Source: a virus. From it: a stretch of DNA of 64,000 nt. Position 1 is the stretch's first letter. The number at the start of each line of letters is the position of its first letter. Both the position numbers and the translations under genes were made by a program. Positions 41,212 through 51,308 of the stretch are shown here, piece after piece. The DNA lies in IMG/VR virus record IMGVR_UViG_3300049489_000477, positions 52,507 through 116,506 of that record; one strand, written 5' to 3'. The notes beneath the pieces are model-generated. The model was not told where the DNA came from. It worked only from the letters and a program-made list of their open reading frames with translations, and did no database searches.

Positions 41212-42426
41212 ATGCCTAAAAGCAATGTAGCCGATATTATTAAAGCACTAAAAAACGCAAATAAGAAAGAATTCGCTGATATTATCCAGCTTTCCGAATC
41301 AAAAACCGCAAAAGTTACCGATTGGATTAGCACAGGAAGTCACGCATTAAACAAGATTATTTCTGGTGATCCCCGTAAAGGAATACCAGTTGGCTTAATC
41401 ACAGCTTTTGCTGGTGAAGAAAGCACGGGTAAGTCGTACTTGGGTGCGAATATAGCCAGAGAGGCACAAAAGAAGGAATTTTTAGTTATCTATGTTGAGA
41501 CTGAAAATTCACCTATCGGAGAAATGTTAGTCAAAGTAGGGGCAAACCCAGATGAGATTATAAAACTTGAAAATTGCTTTACAATCGCTGAAGTCAAGAA
41601 TAAGCTCGTTAAGGTCATGCGTGAGATTCATGCTCAGTATCCAGATTCGCGTTTGTTGATTATTCTTGACTCCCTTGGAAACCTTGTTTCAGATAAGCAA
41701 CTTTACGGCGATGTTGAAGATAATAAGATCGGTCACGATCAAGGTATGAAAGCCAAGGAGCTTAAAGCCCTTGCCGCTATTTTGACCACCGAATTAGGTC
41801 GTTGCAACGGAACCATGGTTGTCATAAATCACATCTACCTTAAGCCTGGTCAAAATCCAGCCCTTCCACCAGAACAAGTATTCTCTGGCGGATCTGGTTT
41901 CTTATATACCGCATCGGTTATCATGTACATGCACAAGCGGGCTGAGAAGGAAGAAGCTGAAAGCCTCGCTACAGGAAAGACAGTCAAAAACACCGTTGGT
42001 GTTTTCATTCGTGGAATAACTAAAAAGAATAGAATAATTCCAGAAGGTAAAACTGGCGAATTCCATATTTCATTCACTGAAGGTATGAACAAGTGGTACG
42101 GTCTTTTAGAGGATGCACTTCAATACGGATTCTTTGAAGAGGCATCTGCTGGTTGGTATAATATCAAACATTTAAATAAAAAGGTTCGTACTGGTGAGCT
42201 TTATAATGATGAAAATTGGGAACCTATTTATGAACAGCTATGTGAAAAAATAGCTGAATCGAATAGATACATTTCTGCATCTGATGCGATTGTCGAGGAA
42301 ATTGAAAAGACAGTTACTCCAGAAGCATCCGTAGAACCCGGCATTTGTGTTAATAAAAATGATGAATGTGGGGACTCGGAAGACGATTCTTCTCCAAAAA
42401 AGCGGGGAAGAAAAAGCAAAAAATAA
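41212..42426 (+). CDS. uvsX: UvsX (RecA-like) recombinase
   Basis: ISTGS..LN..ISG, GEESTGKS, DSLGN, NH.Y, SGG and KNR motifs. Confidence 0.93.
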   Translation: MPKSNVADIIKALKNANKKEFADIIQLSESKTAKVTDWISTGSHALNKIISGDPRKGIPVGLITAFAGEESTGKSYLGANIAREAQKKEFLVIYVETENSPIGEMLVKVGANPDEIIKLENCFTIAEVKNKLVKVMREIHAQYPDSRLLIILDSLGNLVSDKQLYGDVEDNKIGHDQGMKAKELKALAAILTTELGRCNGTMVVINHIYLKPGQNPALPPEQVFSGGSGFLYTASVIMYMHKRAEKEEAESLATGKTVKNTVGVFIRGITKKNRIIPEGKTGEFHISFTEGMNKWYGLLEDALQYGFFEEASAGWYNIKHLNKKVRTGELYNDENWEPIYEQLCEKIAESNRYISASDAIVEEIEKTVTPEASVEPGICVNKNDECGDSEDDSSPKKRGRKSKK

Positions 42427-42480
42427 TAATTCGTATCTTGAATTAAATATCCGTTATATATACTAGCCAAAGGAGTATAT

Positions 42481-43890
42481 ATGGCGGATAAGGATAGAAA
42501 GCAGCTTTACATTTTAAAAGGATTATTGAAGCATACAGACTATGTTTCAAAGTTTATAGACAAACTTAATCCAGATTGGTTTTCATTTGAAGTTGCTCCA
42601 GTTGTTTTAACAGTTAAAAAGTATTTCTTAAATTATCAGAAGTTACCATCCATTGAGATGGTTTGTGATGTGCATTTAGAGAAAATATGCAACGGAGATA
42701 CTGAACGAAAAGATAATGCGGTATTAGCTATTGAAGAAGCTCTATCATTGCCTTTTGAACAAAAAGAATATGAAGAACATTTCGATTGGCTTGTTTCGAT
42801 GTCAAAAGAATGGATTATAGACAAATCCGTTGAACATGCGCTCATGCAAGCCGCCAATCTTTATGAGCAAGGCAAGCGACAAGAAGCAGTCCATAAGATT
42901 CTTGAAGCATCGCACATAAATTTTGATGATGATATAGGTTTGGAATATATTGCCGATATTGATCGCCGCATAGAAAATTTACGAGAAAAGAAACTTATCA
43001 TTCCTACAGGGATAACTTCACTTGATGATCGTATTGGTGGTGGCTGGCGTCCAAAGTCTCTGATCGTTTTTGGTGCTGCTACCAATGTTGGTAAGACATT
43101 GATTTTAGGTGCCATAACCGCTCACTTGATGCAACAAGGCTATGACGGTTTATATATAACCCTTGAAATTAATGATTACATGTTATCCAATAGAATTGAC
43201 GCAAACATTGCTGATATTCCGCTGAATGATTTAGTTAACCAGGCAGATAGATTAAAAGAAATCATATCAAACAAAGTCGAAACAGCTAAAAGAAACAATA
43301 AGCCAATTGGTCGTTTGATTGTCAAAGAATATCCACCGGCTACTGTTTCAGCACAGACGATTTTAGCAGCTATTCGTGAATTAGAGATTAAGCGCGGTGG
43401 TTTTAAACCAGACTTCATTTGTGTGGACTATCTTGGTTTAATGACGCCGAATGCCAAGGCTTTCTCTGATAATACATATGGAAAATTAAAGACAGTTGCC
43501 GAAGAATTACGAGCCATAGGCACAAAGCTATCGGTTCCTGTTTTTAGTGCCGTACAGGTAAACAGAGAAGGTTTCAATCAAGAGAAGTTGGGTCTGCAAA
43601 ATACCAGCGACTCGATGGGCATTCCTATGACCGCCGATTTGATGATCATGGTCAGTAGAAATGAAGAATTAGATAAGCAAAATAAGATGCGTTGGGAAAT
43701 AGCCAAATCGCGCTGGTCCCGCAATGGTGAAGGTATGACGATTCATGTTGATTTCGACCATATGAGAATATCCGATACATCCGATGCTCTTGCTGCTGAA
43801 CCAACAGCCGAGCAGCTTCGCATACATGCAAATTTAGAAACGAAGGAACAGCTTAATGCTCTTCCTGTTAAAAAACCGATTATTACTTAA
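42481..43890 (+). CDS. Replicative helicase gp41
   Basis: TNVGKT, YITLE, KEYP, VDYL, AEELR, AVQVNR, SDS.G and TAD motifs. Confidence 0.93.
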   Translation: MADKDRKQLYILKGLLKHTDYVSKFIDKLNPDWFSFEVAPVVLTVKKYFLNYQKLPSIEMVCDVHLEKICNGDTERKDNAVLAIEEALSLPFEQKEYEEHFDWLVSMSKEWIIDKSVEHALMQAANLYEQGKRQEAVHKILEASHINFDDDIGLEYIADIDRRIENLREKKLIIPTGITSLDDRIGGGWRPKSLIVFGAATNVGKTLILGAITAHLMQQGYDGLYITLEINDYMLSNRIDANIADIPLNDLVNQADRLKEIISNKVETAKRNNKPIGRLIVKEYPPATVSAQTILAAIRELEIKRGGFKPDFICVDYLGLMTPNAKAFSDNTYGKLKTVAEELRAIGTKLSVPVFSAVQVNREGFNQEKLGLQNTSDSMGIPMTADLMIMVSRNEELDKQNKMRWEIAKSRWSRNGEGMTIHVDFDHMRISDTSDALAAEPTAEQLRIHANLETKEQLNALPVKKPIIT

Positions 43891-43899
43891 GGAATTTTT

Positions 43900-44166
43900 A
43901 TGAAAACCGCCAAAGAAAAACAACTAACTTTTGAACAAATATCAGAATTATTTGATATGTCCATATCAGAGGTTAATGCCGTTATAAATACAGCATACAA
44001 TAAGATGGTTCATGAACTAGTGTTCACCCATCACTTTGACATCTGGGACGTAGTGGTTGAATTAAAAAGTCAATTTCATATGACAGAAAAAGAAGCTGTC
44101 GAGAAATTATCAAACGAACATCAAGAACTGTTAAAAAAATCGGCACAAAAAAGAGGCGACAATTAA
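43900..44166 (+). CDS. gp33-like late transcription coactivator with a sigma-4-like HTH
   Basis: Upstream of gp32; C-terminal half resembles gp33; N-terminal TFEQISELFDMS looks like an HTH. Confidence 0.5.
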   Translation: MKTAKEKQLTFEQISELFDMSISEVNAVINTAYNKMVHELVFTHHFDIWDVVVELKSQFHMTEKEAVEKLSNEHQELLKKSAQKRGDN

Positions 44167-44277
44167 TAATATTAAATTTTGGGTGTTGCGCGTAGCACAC
44201 CTTGTGTATAATGAATCCGTAGTTATACATTTCCGTATAATAAACGCAAACTAACAAACGAGAAAGGAAGCGTACCT

Positions 44278-45270
44278 ATGACTATATCAATGACAAACAT
44301 GGCTTCAAAAGCAGAAGAGCTTCGCGCCAGATTAAAGGCAGAGCAGGAAGCGAAAGAAGCCAAATCCACAAAGCAACCAACCCAATTCGAAGATATCAAA
44401 TTCAAGGGCGAATTGATTGGTGCGAAAACAAACTATGTTCTTCGCATTCTCCCACATATCCATGTGGATAATGGAGAGAACGAACCGTGGGTAAGAACCT
44501 ATGTTCACATCTTCCCAACACCACAAGGTGTTAAGAGATTCGCACTCTGCCCATCAACATTTGACGCGAAAGCACCGTGTCCGATGTGTGAGCGCAGTAG
44601 AGAGTTGTTCAAGAAAGTCAATGCACAAGAGGCTTCAAAAGCCGAAGAGGAAGTAGCCAGGAAGTTCTATAGAAAGCCTCGCTATTTCGTCAATGTTCTT
44701 GTCGTTGAAGATCCGCGCCCAACAGACAAGGGAAACCAAAAGGGTAAGATCCTTATTTGGGAGCTTGGTCAACAGATTTTCGAGAAGTTTAATGAAGCAC
44801 TTGTCGATCAAGGAAAGTTCTTCTACCTTCCAAATGGTGGATTCAACTTCAACTTGACCATCAAGAAGAAGGCTGAATTCGTTAACTACGAATCAAGCCA
44901 CTTCGCAAGTGAGGCATCCAATCTTCCCGATGATGTTGTTGCCCAGCTTGAGAGTAAGGTTCATGACCTGAACAAGTTTGCTCTCAAGAATGGCGCTCGT
45001 CCATATGACGATTTGATCGCTCTTATGGAAGGCAAGGAGATTGTGAAGAAAGAAAGAGAGTATGATTCGGCAACTGGTAAGACAGATACCCGCCCGATGA
45101 ACTCTTCCTTGAACGAATCGGTTGAGCTTCACGACGAACCGGCTGCTCCAAAAGCCGCCGCTGCTGTTGTGGCTGCACCAGCCGCTCCTGCTGCTAAACC
45201 AAAGCCGAAGGCGCTGACTGATGACGAATTGCTTGCATCGATTGACGATCTGACCGTCGATCCCAAGTAA
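44278..45270 (+). CDS. ssDNA-binding protein gp32
   Basis: LRILP, H...C...CP.CE zinc site, YFVNVLVVEDP, NYE.S.F and an acidic tail. Confidence 0.92.
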   Translation: MTISMTNMASKAEELRARLKAEQEAKEAKSTKQPTQFEDIKFKGELIGAKTNYVLRILPHIHVDNGENEPWVRTYVHIFPTPQGVKRFALCPSTFDAKAPCPMCERSRELFKKVNAQEASKAEEEVARKFYRKPRYFVNVLVVEDPRPTDKGNQKGKILIWELGQQIFEKFNEALVDQGKFFYLPNGGFNFNLTIKKKAEFVNYESSHFASEASNLPDDVVAQLESKVHDLNKFALKNGARPYDDLIALMEGKEIVKKEREYDSATGKTDTRPMNSSLNESVELHDEPAAPKAAAAVVAAPAAPAAKPKPKALTDDELLASIDDLTVDPK

Positions 45271-45294
45271 GTCCTTCTAAAAAATTAAAAGGAG

Positions 45295-45326
45295 AAATAA
45301 AGGGGGTAGAAATACTCCCTTTATTT
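45295..45326 (+). terminator. Intrinsic terminator after gp32
   Basis: AAATAAAGGGGGTA-GAAA-TACTCCCTTTATTT hairpin. Confidence 0.8.
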
Positions 45327-45352
45327 GTTATAATACCATCTAGGAGTATGTC

Positions 45353-46345
45353 ATGAAAAAAGGTCTTATATTAACTGGTTGTGCTGGTTTTATCGGTGTA
45401 AATATACTTTTAAAATTCACCAAATCACTTCGTGATAAGTATGATCAAGTATATAGTGTTGATAAATTAGGTTATGCCACAACATATAACAGAGACATTT
45501 ACAATGAGTTATGCGACAGCTTAAACATCGAGCGCATACATGTGAATATTAATGATCTTGCTGCTCATAAGAAATTCTCAGCCAATTTCGATTGGGATAT
45601 TTTAGACTTAGCTAGCGAGTCCCATGTTGATGTGTCGATAAAGAATCCTGCTGACTTGTTTAAAGAGAACGCGACCATACCAGCTAACTTTTTAGCTGCA
45701 TTTGATGATCTGAATTCTATACGGGCATATTACCACATTTCGACAGATGAAGTATATGGTGACCTCCCAACTGACGCTCCAGAATCAGCTTGGTTTACAG
45801 CAGCAAGCCAATTCAACCCAAGCAATCCATACAGTGCTTCAAAAGTCGCTCAAGATGCATACCTCATGGCAATGAGAAGAACATTTGGTGTTCCTGTTCA
45901 TTTCATCCGTATGGCAAACCAATTTGGAAGCTTCCAACATCCAGAGAAGATGATACCAGCATCATGCTTGCGTGCATATAGGGGTCAAGCCATTCAAGTA
46001 TATGGAACTGGAATGAATATGCGCCAATGGACTCCAGTTGAAGTAACAGCGCAAATCATCGTAGATAAGCTGTCAAAGGAAGAACGATTCGATGTTCTGC
46101 ATATTGCTAACAAGGATGGTTTAGTATCCAACAACCGTATTGTTGATATCTTGTCAGAAGCCATCGGTTTCTGCACCGGTCAAAAGCCACAAATTGACTT
46201 CGTTTCGGATAGAAAAGGTCATGATCTGTGCTACGCATTGCAAACGACCCCAGAAGTCGATGCATATTTCAAGGATATCAAGTTGGAAGATGCCGTCATT
46301 CATGCGGCAGAATTCTACTATATGAAAAGGGAAGAATTTAAGTGA
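45353..46345 (+). CDS. rmlB: dTDP-glucose 4,6-dehydratase
   Basis: TGCAGFIG, DKLGYA, ESHVD.SI, STDEVYG, PYSASK and DRKGHD motifs. Confidence 0.92.
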   Translation: MKKGLILTGCAGFIGVNILLKFTKSLRDKYDQVYSVDKLGYATTYNRDIYNELCDSLNIERIHVNINDLAAHKKFSANFDWDILDLASESHVDVSIKNPADLFKENATIPANFLAAFDDLNSIRAYYHISTDEVYGDLPTDAPESAWFTAASQFNPSNPYSASKVAQDAYLMAMRRTFGVPVHFIRMANQFGSFQHPEKMIPASCLRAYRGQAIQVYGTGMNMRQWTPVEVTAQIIVDKLSKEERFDVLHIANKDGLVSNNRIVDILSEAIGFCTGQKPQIDFVSDRKGHDLCYALQTTPEVDAYFKDIKLEDAVIHAAEFYYMKREEFK

Positions 46346-47592
46346 ATACTGTATCACATAAAAGGCTATTCAATTTGTGGGACGGAAAAGTCATCGTAGA
46401 CGAAATCCGTCAATTTAAAGACTCGCGTGGTATGTTAACAGAATTGTGGCGAGTAGATGATGATACCATGAATGCTTCCCCTCCAGCCATGAGCTATTGG
46501 TCGGTAACAAATCCATTGGTCATGCGTGGACCACATGAACACCTGACACAAGACGATTGGTTCGTGTCATGGTTTAACAGAATGGTCTATCAGCTATATA
46601 ATCCACAGACCAATGAAATGTTCCATTTCATAACAGACCCGTTATGTGTCTATCGCATAAAGGTCGGAGTGGGAATAATTCATAGTTATAGAAACCTTGA
46701 GCAGCGTCCGATGGTTACAGGTAACTTCCCATCAGCATTGTTTATGGGTAAAGATAAGAAATCACCAATTGATGAAATTCGCCACGAAGAAAAGATCGGT
46801 GAAGATTTGAAGACATATGTTATTATCGGTGCTGGTGGTAGACTTGGAAAAGCAGTAACAAAAACTTTATTCGATAACATGGGCTATCACAAATACCATG
46901 TCATACCAGTGTACGAAAAATTCCTTGATAAAGTATCCATCCAATGTTTCTTTGACGAGTTATTTAAAACCGAACCTCTCTTGTGTAAGCCAGAAAATAC
47001 ACATGTCATCAACTGCGCGGCACTAACTAATGTACAAAGCTTAAAAGAGTTTACGCCAGAAGTTAGATGGGTCAATGTTGAATTACCCGAGACATTAGCA
47101 AAAACATCTGCACACTACGATTTTAGCTTCTACCATATAAGTTCAGACTATGTATATCGAGTAGATGACAACTCGGTGTACACGCAGTCTAAAAAGCAAG
47201 CAGAAGAGGCTTTGCAGTCATTGGGTGCATATATCATTCGCGCAGCCAATCTATTCTCTTTAGATGTAAATGACACACACAACATCATTAGCAAGCTAAA
47301 GGAAAAAGCTAAAAATAATGAAGCTATTAGTGCCGATCCCGTCCAGATGATATTCCCGACCGAAGTTGGTGCGTTATCAAAAGAGATCATAGCTTACATC
47401 GACACCGATAACAGACCAACGAGCATCAATATATGCGGTCATGAAATGACTATTGAAGAGTTATATCGCTTAATGGGTGGTCAAACCGTATATCAGAGCA
47501 AATCATCCATATTCTTCAACCAGGACCAATTCGCCAAGAATTGTGTTATGGTAGATTGTTCTAAAGAAATAGACATAAAAATAAAGCAATAA
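46342..47592 (+). CDS. Fused dTDP-sugar 3,5-epimerase (RmlC) and reductase (RmlD)
   Basis: N-terminal DSRG and RGPH cupin motifs; C-terminal GAGGRLG, NCAA.T.V, HISSDYV and Y..SK motifs. Confidence 0.85.
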   Translation: MNTVSHKRLFNLWDGKVIVDEIRQFKDSRGMLTELWRVDDDTMNASPPAMSYWSVTNPLVMRGPHEHLTQDDWFVSWFNRMVYQLYNPQTNEMFHFITDPLCVYRIKVGVGIIHSYRNLEQRPMVTGNFPSALFMGKDKKSPIDEIRHEEKIGEDLKTYVIIGAGGRLGKAVTKTLFDNMGYHKYHVIPVYEKFLDKVSIQCFFDELFKTEPLLCKPENTHVINCAALTNVQSLKEFTPEVRWVNVELPETLAKTSAHYDFSFYHISSDYVYRVDDNSVYTQSKKQAEEALQSLGAYIIRAANLFSLDVNDTHNIISKLKEKAKNNEAISADPVQMIFPTEVGALSKEIIAYIDTDNRPTSINICGHEMTIEELYRLMGGQTVYQSKSSIFFNQDQFAKNCVMVDCSKEIDIKIKQ

Positions 47593-47594
47593 TT

Positions 47595-47602
47595 TATAAA
47601 TA
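47595..47602 (+). promoter_or_regulatory. Late promoter TATAAATA
   Basis: Exact consensus upstream of the lipoprotein gene. Confidence 0.7.
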
Positions 47603-47618
47603 CAGGTAGGAGCTATAT

Positions 47619-48392
47619 ATGAGAAACATCCTACTTGTATTGTTTGCGACAATGTGTGTTAGCTTTTTTGCATCATGTGGATACATGAGTGATGCCCGCG
47701 AAAAAGCCGTTACAACTGGTTTTAAAGATATAAAAGAATTAACTGTTGCTGTTCAACAGTGGGCGGTTCCGCCAGCCGAAGTTATTGCTACTATTAATGT
47801 AATAGCATCAACACTAGCACAGAGCATGGACCCAAATAACGAGGTCTTACCTACAAAATCAGCATATGAAATATACCAAGGTCACTTATTCGGTGTTCAG
47901 CACAATAAACCAAATCCAGCTTTGAAAGAAATCGAAGAGGCTACAAAAGCAAATGTTGATGATATCGGTACATGGACTTGGAGTGGTGTATTCGCTGGAT
48001 CATTAATCGCTCTTGGTTTCGCTGGAAAATTGATGGGTGGTCCATGGAATGTTGCTGGTACGGTATTACAAGGAATTGGTCGCCGCATGGTTCCTGACTA
48101 CGACAAGACCAAGAAAGCTGTTATTGGAGCCATCGCATCGGTTGATAGGGCACTTACCGATTACGGTGATTTGCTTGAAACATTACCAGAAACGCGCAAG
48201 GCACTAACCGAAAAGCTTGGTAAGGATCCTGTCGAATGGATGAAAGAGCGTCTGAATAAGGCACAAACAGACTTGAACACACCAGAGGTTTCAGAAATGA
48301 TGTCGCTTATGAAAAAGCACATGACAACCGAAGATGGTGTTTTAAAGCCAACTACCAGTGAAATTGACAGCTTCTTCAAAAAGATGCTGTAA
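47619..48392 (+). CDS. Lipoprotein with an internal hydrophobic segment
   Basis: Signal peptide with FASC lipobox; hydrophobic WSGVFAGSLIALGFAG segment. Confidence 0.65.
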   Translation: MRNILLVLFATMCVSFFASCGYMSDAREKAVTTGFKDIKELTVAVQQWAVPPAEVIATINVIASTLAQSMDPNNEVLPTKSAYEIYQGHLFGVQHNKPNPALKEIEEATKANVDDIGTWTWSGVFAGSLIALGFAGKLMGGPWNVAGTVLQGIGRRMVPDYDKTKKAVIGAIASVDRALTDYGDLLETLPETRKALTEKLGKDPVEWMKERLNKAQTDLNTPEVSEMMSLMKKHMTTEDGVLKPTTSEIDSFFKKML

Positions 48393-48445
48393 ACTCTCGG
48401 CTTGAATAGATTTATTGGTGGCTATAATCCGTAAAAGGATTTCAT

Positions 48446-49189
48446 ATGTCATCGTCAGAACCTATTCTTGAGGGAACCTTTTCAAAAGATAAGGCAAACG
48501 CTTTTGTAGATGCGCTATCACTGTTAGCAAGCATCGATGTTAAAAAACTTGTTCTTGAATTTAAAGGGGACGGAGTAAAGACATTAAGTGTATATGCACT
48601 TAACACCGCAAACACCGTAAATATGCGTCTGCATTTCGATCCGTGTCTTTTAGATGGCTTCACGATTACAAAGGATTTTAATTACGGTATAACCGATATC
48701 AATGATCTTGTGGGTATACTTGATGTTTTTGAAAATGGTTTCTCTATAAAAATGTCAGAAGATATAGCATCCATTAGCTCGAATGAAAACTACCTTGATT
48801 ACTACGGGGCGGATCAATCACGCATCAAGCGCGGCGAATCTGCTGAGTTAGATTGTAAGCTGCTTGCCAGCATAACATGCGATGGAACATTTAAAGAATT
48901 CATAAAAGCCATTGGTAAGACAGAGAATAACCATATCGTATTTAAAGGCGATGCTGCAAAGAAATCCATTACCATATCTCTTATGGATAAAGATGTTCGC
49001 GGCAACACATTTTCAAAACTTGTTCAAGTACCGGATCTTGCCGAAGATTTCAAAGTATCCATTAACAGAGAGTATTTCAAAAAAGTATTAACAACAAACT
49101 GCTCATTCAATATATATAGAGAAGCTATCCAGTTGACAAAAAAGACCGACTTGTTTAACATTGAATATCTTATTTTAACCCTTGTTTGA
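48446..49189 (+). CDS. Sliding clamp gp45
   Basis: Size, alternating beta/alpha pattern, GI.D...L and N.FS motifs. Upstream of gp44. Confidence 0.7.
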   Translation: MSSSEPILEGTFSKDKANAFVDALSLLASIDVKKLVLEFKGDGVKTLSVYALNTANTVNMRLHFDPCLLDGFTITKDFNYGITDINDLVGILDVFENGFSIKMSEDIASISSNENYLDYYGADQSRIKRGESAELDCKLLASITCDGTFKEFIKAIGKTENNHIVFKGDAAKKSITISLMDKDVRGNTFSKLVQVPDLAEDFKVSINREYFKKVLTTNCSFNIYREAIQLTKKTDLFNIEYLILTLV

Positions 49190-49199
49190 AAGTTGATGC

Positions 49200-49412
49200 A
49201 TGAAAAAGACAGAAGATTTAGCTTTTGAATATCAAAGCCGTGTACACAAAGCAGCAGCGCCAGAAGGATATGAGATTATCCAAAGTCCATATGAACAAGT
49301 AAGGCGCGATGATTTGAAATACACAGCCAATAATGCGTGGGCAGAAATTGGCGGCAGCGAAGGTATTCGCGCATTGGGATTTTATTTAGTCGCTCGTAAA
49401 ATACATCAATGA
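49200..49412 (+). CDS. Hypothetical protein
   Basis: 70 aa, within the operon. Confidence 0.55.
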   Translation: MKKTEDLAFEYQSRVHKAAAPEGYEIIQSPYEQVRRDDLKYTANNAWAEIGGSEGIRALGFYLVARKIHQ

Positions 49413-49425
49413 AAGGTTATCGTTT

Positions 49426-50349
49426 ATGCCGATTAGTGATAGTCCATGGGTCGAAAAATATAAACCACGAAAGATCGATGATGTTATAGGCGATCCTGTA
49501 ATGATCGGTAAATTCAAAGAGTTTATCGAAAAGAAGGATCTACAACATCTTCTCTTTTGTGGGCGACCAGGCACAGGTAAAAGCACATGTGCCAAGCTGC
49601 TTGCCAACGAGATAACATCAGAAAACAATGTCATGTACATCAATGCCTCCGAAGAAAAAGGCATTGATGTACTTCGTAATAAAGTCGCAAACTTCTGCCA
49701 GATGACTTCATTTGGTAAATTGCGCATTGTCATATTTGATGAATTCGATGGCATGTCATGGCAATCGATGGATGCCATGCGCAATACCATGGAAGAATAC
49801 ATTTCAAATAGCCGCTTCATTTTGACATGTAATTATGAACGAAAGATTATTGAGCCTATAAAGTCTCGCTGTCAAATGTGGGACTTCACGGCAAATGAGA
49901 ATGTGCAAAAAGTCGCCATCGGTAAAAAGTTATTAAGCATACTTCGAAGCGAGGATGTTACCGTACCAGAGAAATCCGACATCATTAAACTCGTTCACAA
50001 ATTCTATCCAGACATTCGGCGCACCATCAATGCTCTTCAAAAATTAACAATTAATAAAGTATTCTCGTTTAACAATGAATTGTTAGATAATAACTACGAA
50101 GATAAGTTGCTTTCTCATCTAAAAGATATGAATATAAAAGCAATTAGAGAAGAATTGTTGGGGCATGCCGATTATAATGAAATGTACCGAATTCTTTTCT
50201 ATAAAGCTGGCGACATCAATGTGGACAAGAAGCTACAAATCATGAGTATTGTAGGCGATGCCGTTCGCTGGCATTCAATCGTATTAGATCCTGAGATAAA
50301 CTTCGTCACATGTCTTCTTAAAATATGCGAAGAGATTAATAAAGAATGA
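49426..50349 (+). CDS. Clamp loader ATPase gp44
   Basis: WVEKYKP, GRPGTGKS, INAS, DEFD, FILTCN, SRC and PDIRR motifs. Confidence 0.94.
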   Translation: MPISDSPWVEKYKPRKIDDVIGDPVMIGKFKEFIEKKDLQHLLFCGRPGTGKSTCAKLLANEITSENNVMYINASEEKGIDVLRNKVANFCQMTSFGKLRIVIFDEFDGMSWQSMDAMRNTMEEYISNSRFILTCNYERKIIEPIKSRCQMWDFTANENVQKVAIGKKLLSILRSEDVTVPEKSDIIKLVHKFYPDIRRTINALQKLTINKVFSFNNELLDNNYEDKLLSHLKDMNIKAIREELLGHADYNEMYRILFYKAGDINVDKKLQIMSIVGDAVRWHSIVLDPEINFVTCLLKICEEINKE

Positions 50350-51305
50350 TATTTGATTTCTTCAAGGTACTTTTTAAAAACAAGCAAGGTTCGCCAAAAG
50401 AACCAGCACAAGAGGATACTTTGGAAACTCCAGATGCGGTCCAATTGGTAAATATGAATGTACCGGAACAAACCAATGAACCACCAAAAGTAACACCAGC
50501 AAAAGTCATTCGGGAAAGCCAGAAGCCACCATCAGTTAAAAATATTCCACCAAGTAATTTAAAAAAAGATGCTATAATCAATAATATACCTCACAAGGAG
50601 CCTTCAATGTCGGAAATATTTTTAGTCGTTTTAGATGCAACTGGAAGAACAAACTTCAAGGCACTTACACAGAATATACAAAACTTCTACTTTGTATATG
50701 CAACCGACGAAGCAAGAGCCAAGGAAATGGTTTTGTATTCGTTCCTCCGATCCCAACGCCGCCCAGCCGATCAGTTGATAAATGAAATTCAAGCTGCTCT
50801 AAAAGCGACAAGAATGTCGGCTATTCTTCGGAACATGAATGAACAGAACAACTTCTGGACCTATGTTCCATTCGGTCGCAAGCCGGGCGCTGGTCAGCAA
50901 ATTGTAGCACCAGATCCGTCACGCATGGTTCACCACACCGATCCGAATATGCCCGATGCAACATCGGCAAGAGCATATGTTCCTGCCGCGCCCGCTAGTG
51001 GTGTCGAGGTAACACCAGATGATTTGCGTGGGGTACAATTCAGCGCCCAAGACGGTGCTGTGCTGAATAAACTCAAAGCAACGGCAAATGGCGGCAAGGT
51101 ACCAATGCCATTGACCGAAGATGCTCCACCGTTAAATCCCGAGAACGAAGAAGTCGTTCGCCAGGTCAAGGAACAAAACAATCAATTGCTTGAAGCCAAT
51201 AAGCAAATGATGGCGAAGATGGAAGCTATGATAACCGCTATGAGTCAGCCAAAGAAGCGTGGTAGAAAACCAGCCGACGAAACCCAGCCACCACAAGAAG
51301 GCTAA
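50346..51305 (+). CDS. Hypothetical protein (possible internal start at 50607)
   Basis: 319 aa between gp44 and gp62; AAGGAG RBS before ATG 50607. Confidence 0.65.
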   Translation: MIFDFFKVLFKNKQGSPKEPAQEDTLETPDAVQLVNMNVPEQTNEPPKVTPAKVIRESQKPPSVKNIPPSNLKKDAIINNIPHKEPSMSEIFLVVLDATGRTNFKALTQNIQNFYFVYATDEARAKEMVLYSFLRSQRRPADQLINEIQAALKATRMSAILRNMNEQNNFWTYVPFGRKPGAGQQIVAPDPSRMVHHTDPNMPDATSARAYVPAAPASGVEVTPDDLRGVQFSAQDGAVLNKLKATANGGKVPMPLTEDAPPLNPENEEVVRQVKEQNNQLLEANKQMMAKMEAMITAMSQPKKRGRKPADETQPPQEG

Positions 51306-51308
51306 TAC

